DNA from: a virus
Lineage: Duplodnaviria; Caudoviricetes
Virus record (IMG/VR): IMGVR_UViG_3300021963_000162
Location: 1-53,767 of that record
Length of the DNA stretch: 53,767 nt
Direction: 5' to 3' (one strand)
The notes under the pieces were generated by a model, which saw only the letters and a list, made by a program, of their open reading frames with translations, made no database searches and was not told where the DNA came from. Position numbers and translations under genes: made by a program. Below, piece after piece: positions 37,106 to 46,956 of the stretch; position 1 is the first letter of the stretch, and every line of letters begins with the position of its first letter.

Positions 37106-39295
37106 ATGGCATATACATACAAAATATCACCAGCACAAATTATTCAAAGTGTTTCGACCTACACAGCTAATGTAACAGCTTACGATGCAGATACTGGTAT
37201 AGTCACACTCGACAAAGGTGTGAATATATCACTAGGCCACAATGAATCTGTTGGTGACTTAACCTCACAATACAGTTTAATTGGTAACATCACGAATGTC
37301 TCTAGTGCTATTAAAAATGGAACAGGATTACCTCAATTGTCTACAGATGAGGGTGGTAATTTTGTTGGTATCTTTAATGTACCATCAGGTGTATTTCAAA
37401 CAGGACAAAGAGTATTTCGTGTAGATAATAGAAGTGTTCCATCTCAACCAACAACTGCAACGACTTTTGCAGAAGCAACATTTACTGCATCTGGACTTGC
37501 AACAACTTCTCAAAAATTAGAATTTTCACCATCAATTGATTCTGCTGCATCTTCTTTTACGCAAGTTGGTCAAAGAAACAATCAATTAATAAGCACAACA
37601 GTGATTACAAGGCAACTTCCTGGAGATCCTGTTGCACAGTCTTTCATTATACAAAAAGACAATTTCCCAAATGGTCTTTTCCTTAAATCAATCAAAGTAT
37701 TTTTCTATTCTAAACCAACAACAGATGTACCAGTTAAGTTATCTATTGTTAATACATTGAATGGTTATCCTAATGGTCAAAGATTGGATCATTCAACAGT
37801 TGTTTTAAGTTCAAGTCAAGTTGTTACATCTAAAACACCACACTATTTGGATTCTTCCACATATACTGAGTTTGTTTTTGAAGCACCAGTATACATTCAA
37901 CCTGGTATATTGTATGCATTTATGTTGGAAACCAGTTCACCTGATTACCAAGTTTACTATGCACAACAAAATTCAACAGCTGTTTTATCAACAGCAAAAG
38001 AGAAACCAACCGATGCAAATCCAACAAACCCAACAAAAATTGGTGCTTCACCATATGTTGGTGCATTATTTGAATCACAAAACTCAATAACATGGACTGC
38101 TGACCAAACAAAAAATATGATGTTTGTTATTGATAGATGTGTATTCGATACATCTAAAAATCCAACAATTGATTTCACATTACAAAAAGGTTTACCATAT
38201 AGAAAAATTGGTTCAAATGACATTCAACATTTATTGGATGCAAATAATGTCAGCAATTTGCATGGCAATTTCTCCGACACTACTTGGTCTGACGCAGTTA
38301 ATTTGACCACAACAGATTTCACACCTGCTGCGACAGGAATTAACTATAGTTACTCAGCAACACTTGCAGAGGACAATTCTGTTATAGGACCATTTGAAGT
38401 ATCTCCTGGAAAATTAGGTTCGCCAACACCTGAGAACATAGATTTTGATGATGGACAAGGACAAAGAGTATTCTTGAAAGAAAGTAATACTTCATTTAAA
38501 TTATCAGCATCACTATTATCAACTGATGACAGTGTAACTCCAATCATTTCAGATGATGGTGTATCTGTATACAATATTCGTTATATTATTAACAATATGG
38601 AAATACAAAATAATGTAATTTCATTGGTTGAAGTTGGTGCAGGTTATGATGATGCAGCAAATACAATAGCAGAAATTTCTGCACCAGATATTGGATCAAA
38701 CCAAGCAACATTGGGTGTAAATGTTGCAAACAACGGAACATCAAATGTTGTTTCTTCCTTATATGTTATTAATCCAGGTTCTGGTTACATTACAACACCA
38801 ACAATTACCATTTATGGTGCCAATACAACACAGGCTACTGCGGTTGTATTTGGTGAAACATCACCAAAAGGTGGTAATTCTTATGCCAAGTATTTCACTA
38901 AGAAAGTTGTGTTGACTCCAGAAAATGATTCTGGTGATTTGAGGGTGTTCTATACCGCATACAAACCACTAGGCACAAGAGTGGATGTATATTACAAAAT
39001 TCTAAATCGTAACGACACACAAGATTTTGATGATGCAAATTGGAACTTGATGACTCAAGTTGGAAACCAAAACGCATACTCACAATCAAAAACAAATTTG
39101 ATTGAGTTTGAGTGTGCGCCAGGAACTTTAGGTAAGGCTGATAATTTCATTTCTTACACAAGTGAAACTGGTGAAACATATAGTCAATTCAGTCAGTTTG
39201 CAATCAAAGTTGTAATGTCTTCCGCTGATAGTACTATTATTCCTATAATAACAGACATTCGTGCATTGGCATTACCAGCTGGAACAGGCATTTGA
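37106..39295 (+). CDS. Large virion structural protein, C-terminal part
   Basis: F.TG.R.FR, DPVAQSF, GLFL.SI..FF..K, GALF.SQN..TWTADQ and FAIKVVM...P.I.D.RA.A motifs, normally the C-half of the same protein; AATAAATA at 37076-37083 upstream. Confidence 0.85.
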   Translation: MAYTYKISPAQIIQSVSTYTANVTAYDADTGIVTLDKGVNISLGHNESVGDLTSQYSLIGNITNVSSAIKNGTGLPQLSTDEGGNFVGIFNVPSGVFQTGQRVFRVDNRSVPSQPTTATTFAEATFTASGLATTSQKLEFSPSIDSAASSFTQVGQRNNQLISTTVITRQLPGDPVAQSFIIQKDNFPNGLFLKSIKVFFYSKPTTDVPVKLSIVNTLNGYPNGQRLDHSTVVLSSSQVVTSKTPHYLDSSTYTEFVFEAPVYIQPGILYAFMLETSSPDYQVYYAQQNSTAVLSTAKEKPTDANPTNPTKIGASPYVGALFESQNSITWTADQTKNMMFVIDRCVFDTSKNPTIDFTLQKGLPYRKIGSNDIQHLLDANNVSNLHGNFSDTTWSDAVNLTTTDFTPAATGINYSYSATLAEDNSVIGPFEVSPGKLGSPTPENIDFDDGQGQRVFLKESNTSFKLSASLLSTDDSVTPIISDDGVSVYNIRYIINNMEIQNNVISLVEVGAGYDDAANTIAEISAPDIGSNQATLGVNVANNGTSNVVSSLYVINPGSGYITTPTITIYGANTTQATAVVFGETSPKGGNSYAKYFTKKVVLTPENDSGDLRVFYTAYKPLGTRVDVYYKILNRNDTQDFDDANWNLMTQVGNQNAYSQSKTNLIEFECAPGTLGKADNFISYTSETGETYSQFSQFAIKVVMSSADSTIIPIITDIRALALPAGTGI

Positions 39296-39296
39296 T

Positions 39297-39524
39297 ATGT
39301 TGGTTAAAGTTACAGGCACCCCTTTTGTTAGAGATAGCAACAGTATGGGACTTATTAACAATGATGACCATGCAAGAAATGATTACTATAATAAAGTCCG
39401 TATGATGAAATCACAAAAAGACGAAATAAATAAAGTAAAGACAGAAGTGGAAAGCATCAAGAATGATGTATCTGAAATCAAATCTCTGTTGTTACAACTA
39501 ATGGATAAAGGTTCAAATGGCTAA
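39297..39524 (+). CDS. Small conserved coiled-coil virion-region protein
   Basis: KV.G...VRD..S..IN and EI..IK.DV.EIKSLL motifs; conserved after the VrlC-like gene. Confidence 0.75.
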   Translation: MLVKVTGTPFVRDSNSMGLINNDDHARNDYYNKVRMMKSQKDEINKVKTEVESIKNDVSEIKSLLLQLMDKGSNG

Positions 39525-42500
39525 TACAGTTTCCTCATTAAGTTATGCCAATACATTTGGTGAATGGATGGTTGCAACGGATGCTCTCATTAATGAGAAC
39601 AATATTCTTGCAACCGACAATTACACCAAAGATTCTGGTACACTTTACCTTAACGAATCAACAGCAGTAGCACTACAGACAACAGGTTCGGTTGTCATAC
39701 AAAAAGAATTGTTGGTTCAAGGTGTTGGTTCATCTGCAACAATCGAAAATAACTTAACTGTTGAAGGCCAAGTATATTTCTCCAACACTGAATTAGGTTT
39801 AACAAATGCCGGTCAGGCAAACATCAATGGTTTGTTGGTCGCAAGAGGAAGTGGTATAGGTTTATCTGTTTCTAATAGTGCTTATATTGGTGGCAACACT
39901 ACTATAAAATATGATACAATTACAAATAACTTACAAGCCAACTCAAGTGTAAATACTGCAACCTTATCAGTAACTGGTAATGTATATACAAATACATTAG
40001 AAGCAAATGCACACATCAGTGCAACCACAGTTTCTGCTTCAGATTTCACACATACACATTACTTGAGAGCTAATATATCCACATCTACAGTAACATCAGT
40101 TGTTTCTGGCACAGCATACGCAAATGTTTTGCAAGCCAATACTTCTACCAATACTGGTAATGCTTCCATAACTGGTACAGTTTATACAAAAAATTTACAA
40201 TCAAACACATCAGTTAATACCGCAACATTGTCTGTAACAGGGAATACATTTACGGATTTATTGCAAGCAAATAGTTCAGTTAATACCGCTAATGCTTCCA
40301 TAACTGGTACAGTTTATACAAATATATTGGAAGCCAATACTTCCACAAATACTGCAACAGCTTCCGTAACAGGTACAACATACACTGATATATTAGAAGC
40401 AAATACAATTGTAAGTACAGTTGATTTAACTGCATCTGGTGCAATCATTTCAGATACTTTAGAGTCAAATACATCTATTGATTCACCATATATTTCAACA
40501 ACTAATTTAAATAGTTCTGATATTGTTTATGCAAATGTGTTACAAGCAAATACATCTACAAATACCAGTAATGCTTCTGTAACTGGAACTGTTTATACAA
40601 AAAATTTGCAAGCAAACAATACAGTTAACACTTCAACAATCTCTGTTACAAATGAAACTATAACTAATGTTTTAAGAGCTAATAGTAGTGTTGGTGCTGT
40701 TGATGTTCTTGGCACAAATATCACTGCCAATACAGTTGTAACTACACCAAAAATTACAATCACTGAGTTGATTGATGCGAATAATGCCAACTTGTTTGTA
40801 AACAACATAACATCTGAAGGCCAATTTTCTATTGGTGGTAATTTTGTTGTTAGAGGAACAACAGTTTATACCTCAGATTCATTTGCATTGAATTCTGACA
40901 TAGACCAAGCGGCAGATGCTGAGTACACAGTAGACCGTGGTGTCACAGGTACAGATGCTTCCATTCGTTGGAAAGAAACATCAAAGTATTTTGATATTAA
41001 AAATGTAACAAGCGGTATATATTACAGAATTCTTACAAATGAGCATTTAGATTCTACATTAACTTCTACAAGTACAACATCAGTTGCAACAGCCAGTGCG
41101 GCGAACAATCTGAATAATATTATAACCGCAGCAAATACATTCTTACAATCTGCGGTTGTTGCTGCTGGAAGTTATGCAAACTCATCGTTTGTTAAAGCCA
41201 ATTCAGCATTTGATGCTGCAAACAATGTTGGTCCACAAATTGCACCAACATTTACTAAGGCCAATTCTGCCTATGCACAAGCTAACACATCATCAAATAC
41301 ATTTGTTGGAACAACAGGTTCAGTTACTCCAAACGGTGGTGTAGTATCATTTACAAGTAACAATGGTGTTACTGTTGTTGCAACGACTGCTAATAATTTT
41401 GCAATCAGTACACCACAAGACTTACAAACAACTGCAAATGTAACATTTGCAAGATTACAATTAACTAATGCATTACCTATTAATCAAGGTGGTACTGGTG
41501 CAACATCAGCAACAGGTGCATTAACAAACTTGTTACCAACTGGTACAACCGCAGGTTATGTTCTAACAACTGGTGGTCCAGGTAACTTCTCTTGGGCTGC
41601 ACCAACAGGTGGTGGTGATGGCGGTACCGCACCAGGAACAACAATCAATTCTACAAGATTGACCTATTATGGTGATGATGCAAATACAAAATTCACCACA
41701 CCAACATTCAATAACACAACACAATTGAGAGCATACATTAATGGTTTGCGTCAATTTGAAGGCAATTATTCCGCAAATAGTTCAAACTCAACTATTATTT
41801 TCACTGAAGCACCAGATCCTGGTGATGAAATTTTGATTGAAGTTGATGGATATATTTTAAATCCATATTATGCAAACAATATTACATTTACTGCACCTTT
41901 TGGTAGCATTATTGGTTCTGCTAATACTATTCAATTGGCAATACAAGACTTAGAAACTAGAAAAGCTCCATTATCTGGAGGTGAATTTACTGGTACAGTT
42001 TATGGTTTAACAGCAGCAACAACTACAAATGATAACACATTTGCAACAACGGAATTTGTTAATAACCTATTAGGTTCTAGTCAAACATTTTCAATTAACA
42101 CTTCTGGTAATGCAGGATCAGTAACGAATGGTGTTTATAACAACGGCAGTTATTCTAATCCTTCTTGGATTACATCACTTGCAACCAGTAAACTTACTGG
42201 TACAATTTCTGCAACACAATTAGCATCAACAACTGTCACAGCAGCATCAAATGGTTCTGCAACTCATGTTCCTCGTTTCACAGTTGATGCACAAGGTCGT
42301 TTAACTTCTGCAAACTCTGTTGCAATTGCAATTTCTTATTCTGCTGTTTCTGGTTTGGCCACATCGGCAACTACAGATACAACCAATGCAAGTAATATTA
42401 CTACTGGTACATTGAATACTGCAAGATTAGGAACAACACAAGATGTTCAATTTGCAAACACATATGCGAAAGAAATAACTTCAAATACATCATCCACATC

Positions 42501-43242
42501 AGGTACTTTCTTCTTTGGTGATAGAAGTAAATTCATAAGATTTGATGGCACAAATTATTTAATGCCAGGTGCAAACCTATTTTCAAATGGAACACAAGTT
42601 GTTACTAATACAGGTACTTGGGGTATTAATATTTCAGGCAAAGCAGCAACTGCTGGTAATGCTGACACAGTAACTAATGGTGTATATACATCTGGCGCAA
42701 CACTTTCAAATGCATTTTATTTTACTTCAGGATTGTCAGTAGGATCAACATCAATATCAGGCAATCTTATTGCTTTGGGTAGTTCAACAACAGCTGCAAC
42801 CATGACTTTTAGAAGAAGTGATTTGTCTTCAGTAAATATGGGTTTAGATACTGATGGTACATTCCGTTTAGGTGGTGGAACTGACGGGGCAACCACTTAT
42901 AGATTTACTTCAGATACATCAGGTAACTTCGTTTCAAGAGGTAATGTAACGGCATACTCTGATGAACGAAACAAAACTAATTGGCAAGTTCTTCAGAATA
43001 ATTTTGTAGAAGAACTTGCTAAAGTTAAATCTGGTACCTATGATAGAGTTGATACAGGTGAAACTCAAGTTGGTGTTGGTGCTCAATCATTACAAAAACT
43101 TATGCCAGAAGCAGTTATGTCTGATGCAGAAGGCAATCTTTCTGTTGCATATGGTAATGCTGCATTAGCCGCATGTGTTAAAATGGCACAAAAAATTGTA
43201 GAACTAGAAGCCAAGATTGAAGAATTGACCAAAGGAAAATAA
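39517..43242 (+). CDS. Long tail fibre with C-terminal intramolecular chaperone (peptidase S74)
   Basis: NTF.EW N-motif; ~20-aa LQAN.S.NT...SVTG repeats; GNVTAY|SDERNK, GV.AQ and V.YG motifs, then a coiled coil. Confidence 0.85.
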   Translation: MANTVSSLSYANTFGEWMVATDALINENNILATDNYTKDSGTLYLNESTAVALQTTGSVVIQKELLVQGVGSSATIENNLTVEGQVYFSNTELGLTNAGQANINGLLVARGSGIGLSVSNSAYIGGNTTIKYDTITNNLQANSSVNTATLSVTGNVYTNTLEANAHISATTVSASDFTHTHYLRANISTSTVTSVVSGTAYANVLQANTSTNTGNASITGTVYTKNLQSNTSVNTATLSVTGNTFTDLLQANSSVNTANASITGTVYTNILEANTSTNTATASVTGTTYTDILEANTIVSTVDLTASGAIISDTLESNTSIDSPYISTTNLNSSDIVYANVLQANTSTNTSNASVTGTVYTKNLQANNTVNTSTISVTNETITNVLRANSSVGAVDVLGTNITANTVVTTPKITITELIDANNANLFVNNITSEGQFSIGGNFVVRGTTVYTSDSFALNSDIDQAADAEYTVDRGVTGTDASIRWKETSKYFDIKNVTSGIYYRILTNEHLDSTLTSTSTTSVATASAANNLNNIITAANTFLQSAVVAAGSYANSSFVKANSAFDAANNVGPQIAPTFTKANSAYAQANTSSNTFVGTTGSVTPNGGVVSFTSNNGVTVVATTANNFAISTPQDLQTTANVTFARLQLTNALPINQGGTGATSATGALTNLLPTGTTAGYVLTTGGPGNFSWAAPTGGGDGGTAPGTTINSTRLTYYGDDANTKFTTPTFNNTTQLRAYINGLRQFEGNYSANSSNSTIIFTEAPDPGDEILIEVDGYILNPYYANNITFTAPFGSIIGSANTIQLAIQDLETRKAPLSGGEFTGTVYGLTAATTTNDNTFATTEFVNNLLGSSQTFSINTSGNAGSVTNGVYNNGSYSNPSWITSLATSKLTGTISATQLASTTVTAASNGSATHVPRFTVDAQGRLTSANSVAIAISYSAVSGLATSATTDTTNASNITTGTLNTARLGTTQDVQFANTYAKEITSNTSSTSGTFFFGDRSKFIRFDGTNYLMPGANLFSNGTQVVTNTGTWGINISGKAATAGNADTVTNGVYTSGATLSNAFYFTSGLSVGSTSISGNLIALGSSTTAATMTFRRSDLSSVNMGLDTDGTFRLGGGTDGATTYRFTSDTSGNFVSRGNVTAYSDERNKTNWQVLQNNFVEELAKVKSGTYDRVDTGETQVGVGAQSLQKLMPEAVMSDAEGNLSVAYGNAALAACVKMAQKIVELEAKIEELTKGK

Positions 43243-43245
43243 TAA

Positions 43246-44601
43246 ATGACAACAAAAGTAACACCTTCGATGTTGGCCAATACGGCCGTAACAAGAGGTA
43301 CATATGGTGGTGCAACTGTCATACCAGTTGTTACTGTTGACCAACAAGGTAGGTTGACATATGCAGCCAATGCCACACCAAGTATTGCTAACACACAAAT
43401 TACTGGTAAAATTATTGCAACACAATTAGCAAACACAACCGTAACAGCAGGTTCTTATGGTTCACCAACTGCTTATCCAGTTATTTCTGTTGATGCTCAA
43501 GGTCGTGTCACAGGTGTAACAACACAAACTGTTACTACAGTTACCAATCAGACAACTTTTGGTGTTACATTAGAGTATGAATATTTTAATGGTACTGGTT
43601 CACAAACAATTTTCAACTTGTCTCGTTCAGTTTCTAGTGCAAATACAATTGGCATATATGTAAATGGAACCAAACAATATCCAACCATATTTTCAGCAAC
43701 AGGTGCTCAATTAACATTCACAATTGCACCGCCAGCTGGTACCAATAATGTGGTCGTAGAATATGTGATTCAACCAGGTGCTGTTGCACTTATAGACAGT
43801 GTTGCGGATACATCTGGTGTTTCTGATGGTCGTGCAGCAACACCAAACGCAGTTAAAAAAGCATATGATACAGGTATTGCAGCAGGTTCTTATGCCAATG
43901 CAGCATTCACTAAAGCAAACACCGCTTCATCACTATCAGGAAATGTTATTGGTGGACAAACAGGCACCGTGTTATATCAAAAAGGTACTGACCAAACCGG
44001 ATTCACAACAGTTGGCACAGCAGGTTATGTATTAACAAGTGGTGGTGCAGGCGCTCCAGTTTGGACTGCACAAACTTCTATGTTTGTTGCAAATTCATCA
44101 TATGCTACTACTGCTGGTTCTGCTGGCAGTGCTACTACAGCTGATAGTGCAACAACAGCAACAACAGCAACAACAGCAAATGGATTAAATACAAGTAACA
44201 ATTATCAAGTTAATTCTCTAGGTGTTGGTACTGCTGCATCAGGAACTGCTGGTGAAATTCGTGCAACAAACGATATCACTGCTTACTATACATCTGACAT
44301 TAGATTCAAACAAAATGTTCGTTCTATTCCAAATGCACTAGATACAGTCGATGCAATTGGTGGTAAATTGTTTGATTGGACTGACGAATATATTGATAGT
44401 CGTGGTGGTGAAGATGGTTACTTTGTTCGTAGAGAAGATTTTGGTGTTATTGCGAATGATGTACAGGCAGCATTTCCAATTGCCGTCAGAACAAAACCAA
44501 ACGGTACACTTGCAGTTGATTATGAAAAATTATGTGCGTTAGCATTTGAAGCCATCAGAGAATTGAAAGCGGAAATTGCAGAAATTAAAGGAAAAATGTA
44601 A
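43246..44601 (+). CDS. Tail fibre with C-terminal intramolecular chaperone (peptidase S74)
   Basis: VTVDQQGR repeats; GEIRATNDITAYYT|SDIRFK, GVIA and LAVDYEKL motifs. Confidence 0.85.
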   Translation: MTTKVTPSMLANTAVTRGTYGGATVIPVVTVDQQGRLTYAANATPSIANTQITGKIIATQLANTTVTAGSYGSPTAYPVISVDAQGRVTGVTTQTVTTVTNQTTFGVTLEYEYFNGTGSQTIFNLSRSVSSANTIGIYVNGTKQYPTIFSATGAQLTFTIAPPAGTNNVVVEYVIQPGAVALIDSVADTSGVSDGRAATPNAVKKAYDTGIAAGSYANAAFTKANTASSLSGNVIGGQTGTVLYQKGTDQTGFTTVGTAGYVLTSGGAGAPVWTAQTSMFVANSSYATTAGSAGSATTADSATTATTATTANGLNTSNNYQVNSLGVGTAASGTAGEIRATNDITAYYTSDIRFKQNVRSIPNALDTVDAIGGKLFDWTDEYIDSRGGEDGYFVRREDFGVIANDVQAAFPIAVRTKPNGTLAVDYEKLCALAFEAIRELKAEIAEIKGKM

Positions 44602-45761
44602 TGTCATTTAATCAGTTAGACTTTTCTTATTTGACAGGTAATGTATCTGCCAGCCAAATTGCAAACACAGCAGTAACACCAGGAACATATGGTGGTGTTG
44701 GTGTTGCACCAGTAATCACAGTAGACCAACAAGGTAGGTTGACATATGCAGCTAATGCTTCTCTGACACTTTCAAATACAAGTATCAGTGGTTTGATTAC
44801 CAATGCACAAATCGCAAGTGTTGCTACATCTAAATTAACTGGCAATATTTCATCAAGTCAGTTGGCAAATACAACAGTCACACCAGGAACATATGGCGGT
44901 TCAGGTAAAGTATCCGTTGTAACTGTAGACCAACAAGGTCGTATTACAACTGCTGCAAATGTTGCTTTAAGTAACACTGATATTATCAGTGCTTTAGGTT
45001 ACACACCAATATCAGCAGATGGTGGTGGAAGTTATTCAGGTCCCCGTTATCAATTATTTCAATCAGGTGGAACATTTACTGTACCTGCTGGTGTTTCAAG
45101 TGTTAAAGTTACCCTTTGGGGTGGCGGAGGCGGTGGTGGCGGTGGTACATATGGTGCTGGCGATACACGATATGGCGGCAACGGTGGCAATGGCGGTGCA
45201 GGACAAGCAATCGTATCTGGTCTTACACCAGGATCAACCATAAATGTCACAGTCGGTGCCGGCGGTGATGGTGGTTATGCGTCTAGTGCAGGTAGAATCC
45301 AAGGTTATAACGGTGGTTCCAGTTCATTCGGTAATTATGTTGTTGCATCTGGTGGTGTTGGCGGTACATTACGCAGTTCAAGTAATTTACCACCACCGTC
45401 AAATGGTGATGTTTATGTTACTGGTGCTGTACTATTATCTAAATTCTCACCAATTGGAGCAGGTACTGTTGGCAGTGTAGATATTCAACTAGGTGCTGGC
45501 GGTGCAGGCGGCGGCGGTCTTTCTGGCGGTGGTGCTGGTGGTACAGGTAACGGCACATTGACAAATTTAGGTGGTACAATCACCTGCGGATTAGGATTTG
45601 CAGGTTCAAGTTCAACATCAAATAATGCAACTGGTGGTGCAGGTGGTGGTATTTCAGGAGGTGCTGGTGGAAATGGACAAACATTATCAGTTGCACCAAA
45701 TACTGGTGTTGCTGGTGGTGGCGGAGGCGGTGGCGGCGGTGGTGTATTCGTTGAGTGGTAA
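44601..45761 (+). CDS. Short fibre with glycine-rich receptor-binding domain
   Basis: VTVDQQGR repeats, then SGGTFTVPAGV..VKV...GGGGGGG; ends GGVFVEW. Confidence 0.75.
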   Translation: MSFNQLDFSYLTGNVSASQIANTAVTPGTYGGVGVAPVITVDQQGRLTYAANASLTLSNTSISGLITNAQIASVATSKLTGNISSSQLANTTVTPGTYGGSGKVSVVTVDQQGRITTAANVALSNTDIISALGYTPISADGGGSYSGPRYQLFQSGGTFTVPAGVSSVKVTLWGGGGGGGGGTYGAGDTRYGGNGGNGGAGQAIVSGLTPGSTINVTVGAGGDGGYASSAGRIQGYNGGSSSFGNYVVASGGVGGTLRSSSNLPPPSNGDVYVTGAVLLSKFSPIGAGTVGSVDIQLGAGGAGGGGLSGGGAGGTGNGTLTNLGGTITCGLGFAGSSSTSNNATGGAGGGISGGAGGNGQTLSVAPNTGVAGGGGGGGGGGVFVEW

Positions 45762-45814
45762 ACTCTATTCCATTATTACTAAATAATGGATAACAATTTT
45801 AACAGTAAAAAACC

Positions 45815-46159
45815 ATGGCAGCTGGATATCAAGAATTATTTTTGGAACAAGGTACCGATTTTGTCACATCAATAACATTAGATGATGCAAACGGTAATCC
45901 TTTTGACTTAACTGATTTCGTTGCTAAAGGCCAAATCAGAAAATCATATTATTCCACCAATACAACCGGTGAATTTATAATTACTATTATTGAACCAGAA
46001 ACAGACGGAACAATATCTTTAGGTATTAGTTCTGCTAACACAGCAAACATACCAGCAGGACGATATGTATATGATGTTGCTATTAAAAGTTCATCAAATA
46101 ATGTGACTAGAGTTTTAGAAGGAATTGTAAACGTTTTGCCTAGAGTTACTGTATTTTAA
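45815..46159 (+). CDS. Conserved small Ig-like virion protein
   Basis: L.LEQG.DF, Q.RKSY.S, GRYVYDV and RVLEG.V.V.P.VT motifs; ACTAAATA upstream. Confidence 0.75.
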   Translation: MAAGYQELFLEQGTDFVTSITLDDANGNPFDLTDFVAKGQIRKSYYSTNTTGEFIITIIEPETDGTISLGISSANTANIPAGRYVYDVAIKSSSNNVTRVLEGIVNVLPRVTVF

Positions 46160-46168
46160 GGGTCTACT

Positions 46169-46702
46169 ATGACTAGAGTAACAGTAAATGCGCCAACTAC
46201 AATCAAAGTACGCACTGGTAGTCAACAGACAACCACGAAGGTACAATCAATCAATTACGGAACAACTAAATTAGCAGATGCTTCCGACTTAAGAATACCA
46301 CCATTCTCTCGTACTGGTGATTTTGTTGCGTACAATGCAAACACAAATGGGTTTGAAGTCACTCCAACACCAAAAATAAATGGTGATTTAGTTCCATCTG
46401 AAAATGAACTGTATGATTTAGGTGCACCAGATATGCGTTTTAAGTCTTTGTTTCTAAGTGGCAATACAATTACACTAGGAACAATGGCCATTAAAGCTGA
46501 TGCAACATCAGGTTCTATTGCATTTGTACCTCCAACTTCAATTGATGTTCCACATCCAACAGCAATCGTTATTACACAACAAGGTGGTATTACAACCGCA
46601 AATACAACTGATGGTGTATTGAATCCTGTTGTATTGCAACAAGTTATATCAAATTCAGTATCATATGTTGCCTTTACTGGTTCTGATTCAGGGTTCTTTT
46701 AA
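46169..46702 (+). CDS. Virion fibre-associated protein
   Basis: GDLVPS....YDLG....RFKSLFLSG.TI.LG fibre motif; ends DSGFF. Confidence 0.65.
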   Translation: MTRVTVNAPTTIKVRTGSQQTTTKVQSINYGTTKLADASDLRIPPFSRTGDFVAYNANTNGFEVTPTPKINGDLVPSENELYDLGAPDMRFKSLFLSGNTITLGTMAIKADATSGSIAFVPPTSIDVPHPTAIVITQQGGITTANTTDGVLNPVVLQQVISNSVSYVAFTGSDSGFF

Positions 46703-46911
46703 TGGCAAATACAACAATTCAGATATTAAGGTCATATGCTAACACGGCACCATTAAGTTTGGCTGACGGTGAATTGGCATATTCTTTTGTATCGAATCAA
46801 CTTTTCATTGGTAATAGTAATAATGCGGTTATACCTGTTGCAGGTAACGGATACATTACACAAATTGTTACAGAAACATTACCCGTAGAATTTGACGGCG
46901 GCAGTTTTTAA
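46702..46911 (+). CDS. 69-aa fibre connector-like protein
   Basis: MANTTIQILRS...L..GELAY N-motif and C-terminal DGGSF; TAATG coupling. Confidence 0.7.
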   Translation: MANTTIQILRSYANTAPLSLADGELAYSFVSNQLFIGNSNNAVIPVAGNGYITQIVTETLPVEFDGGSF

Positions 46912-46956
46912 TAAATACAGGATAATTATAACATCTAACCCTTATAAGGAAGAGAA

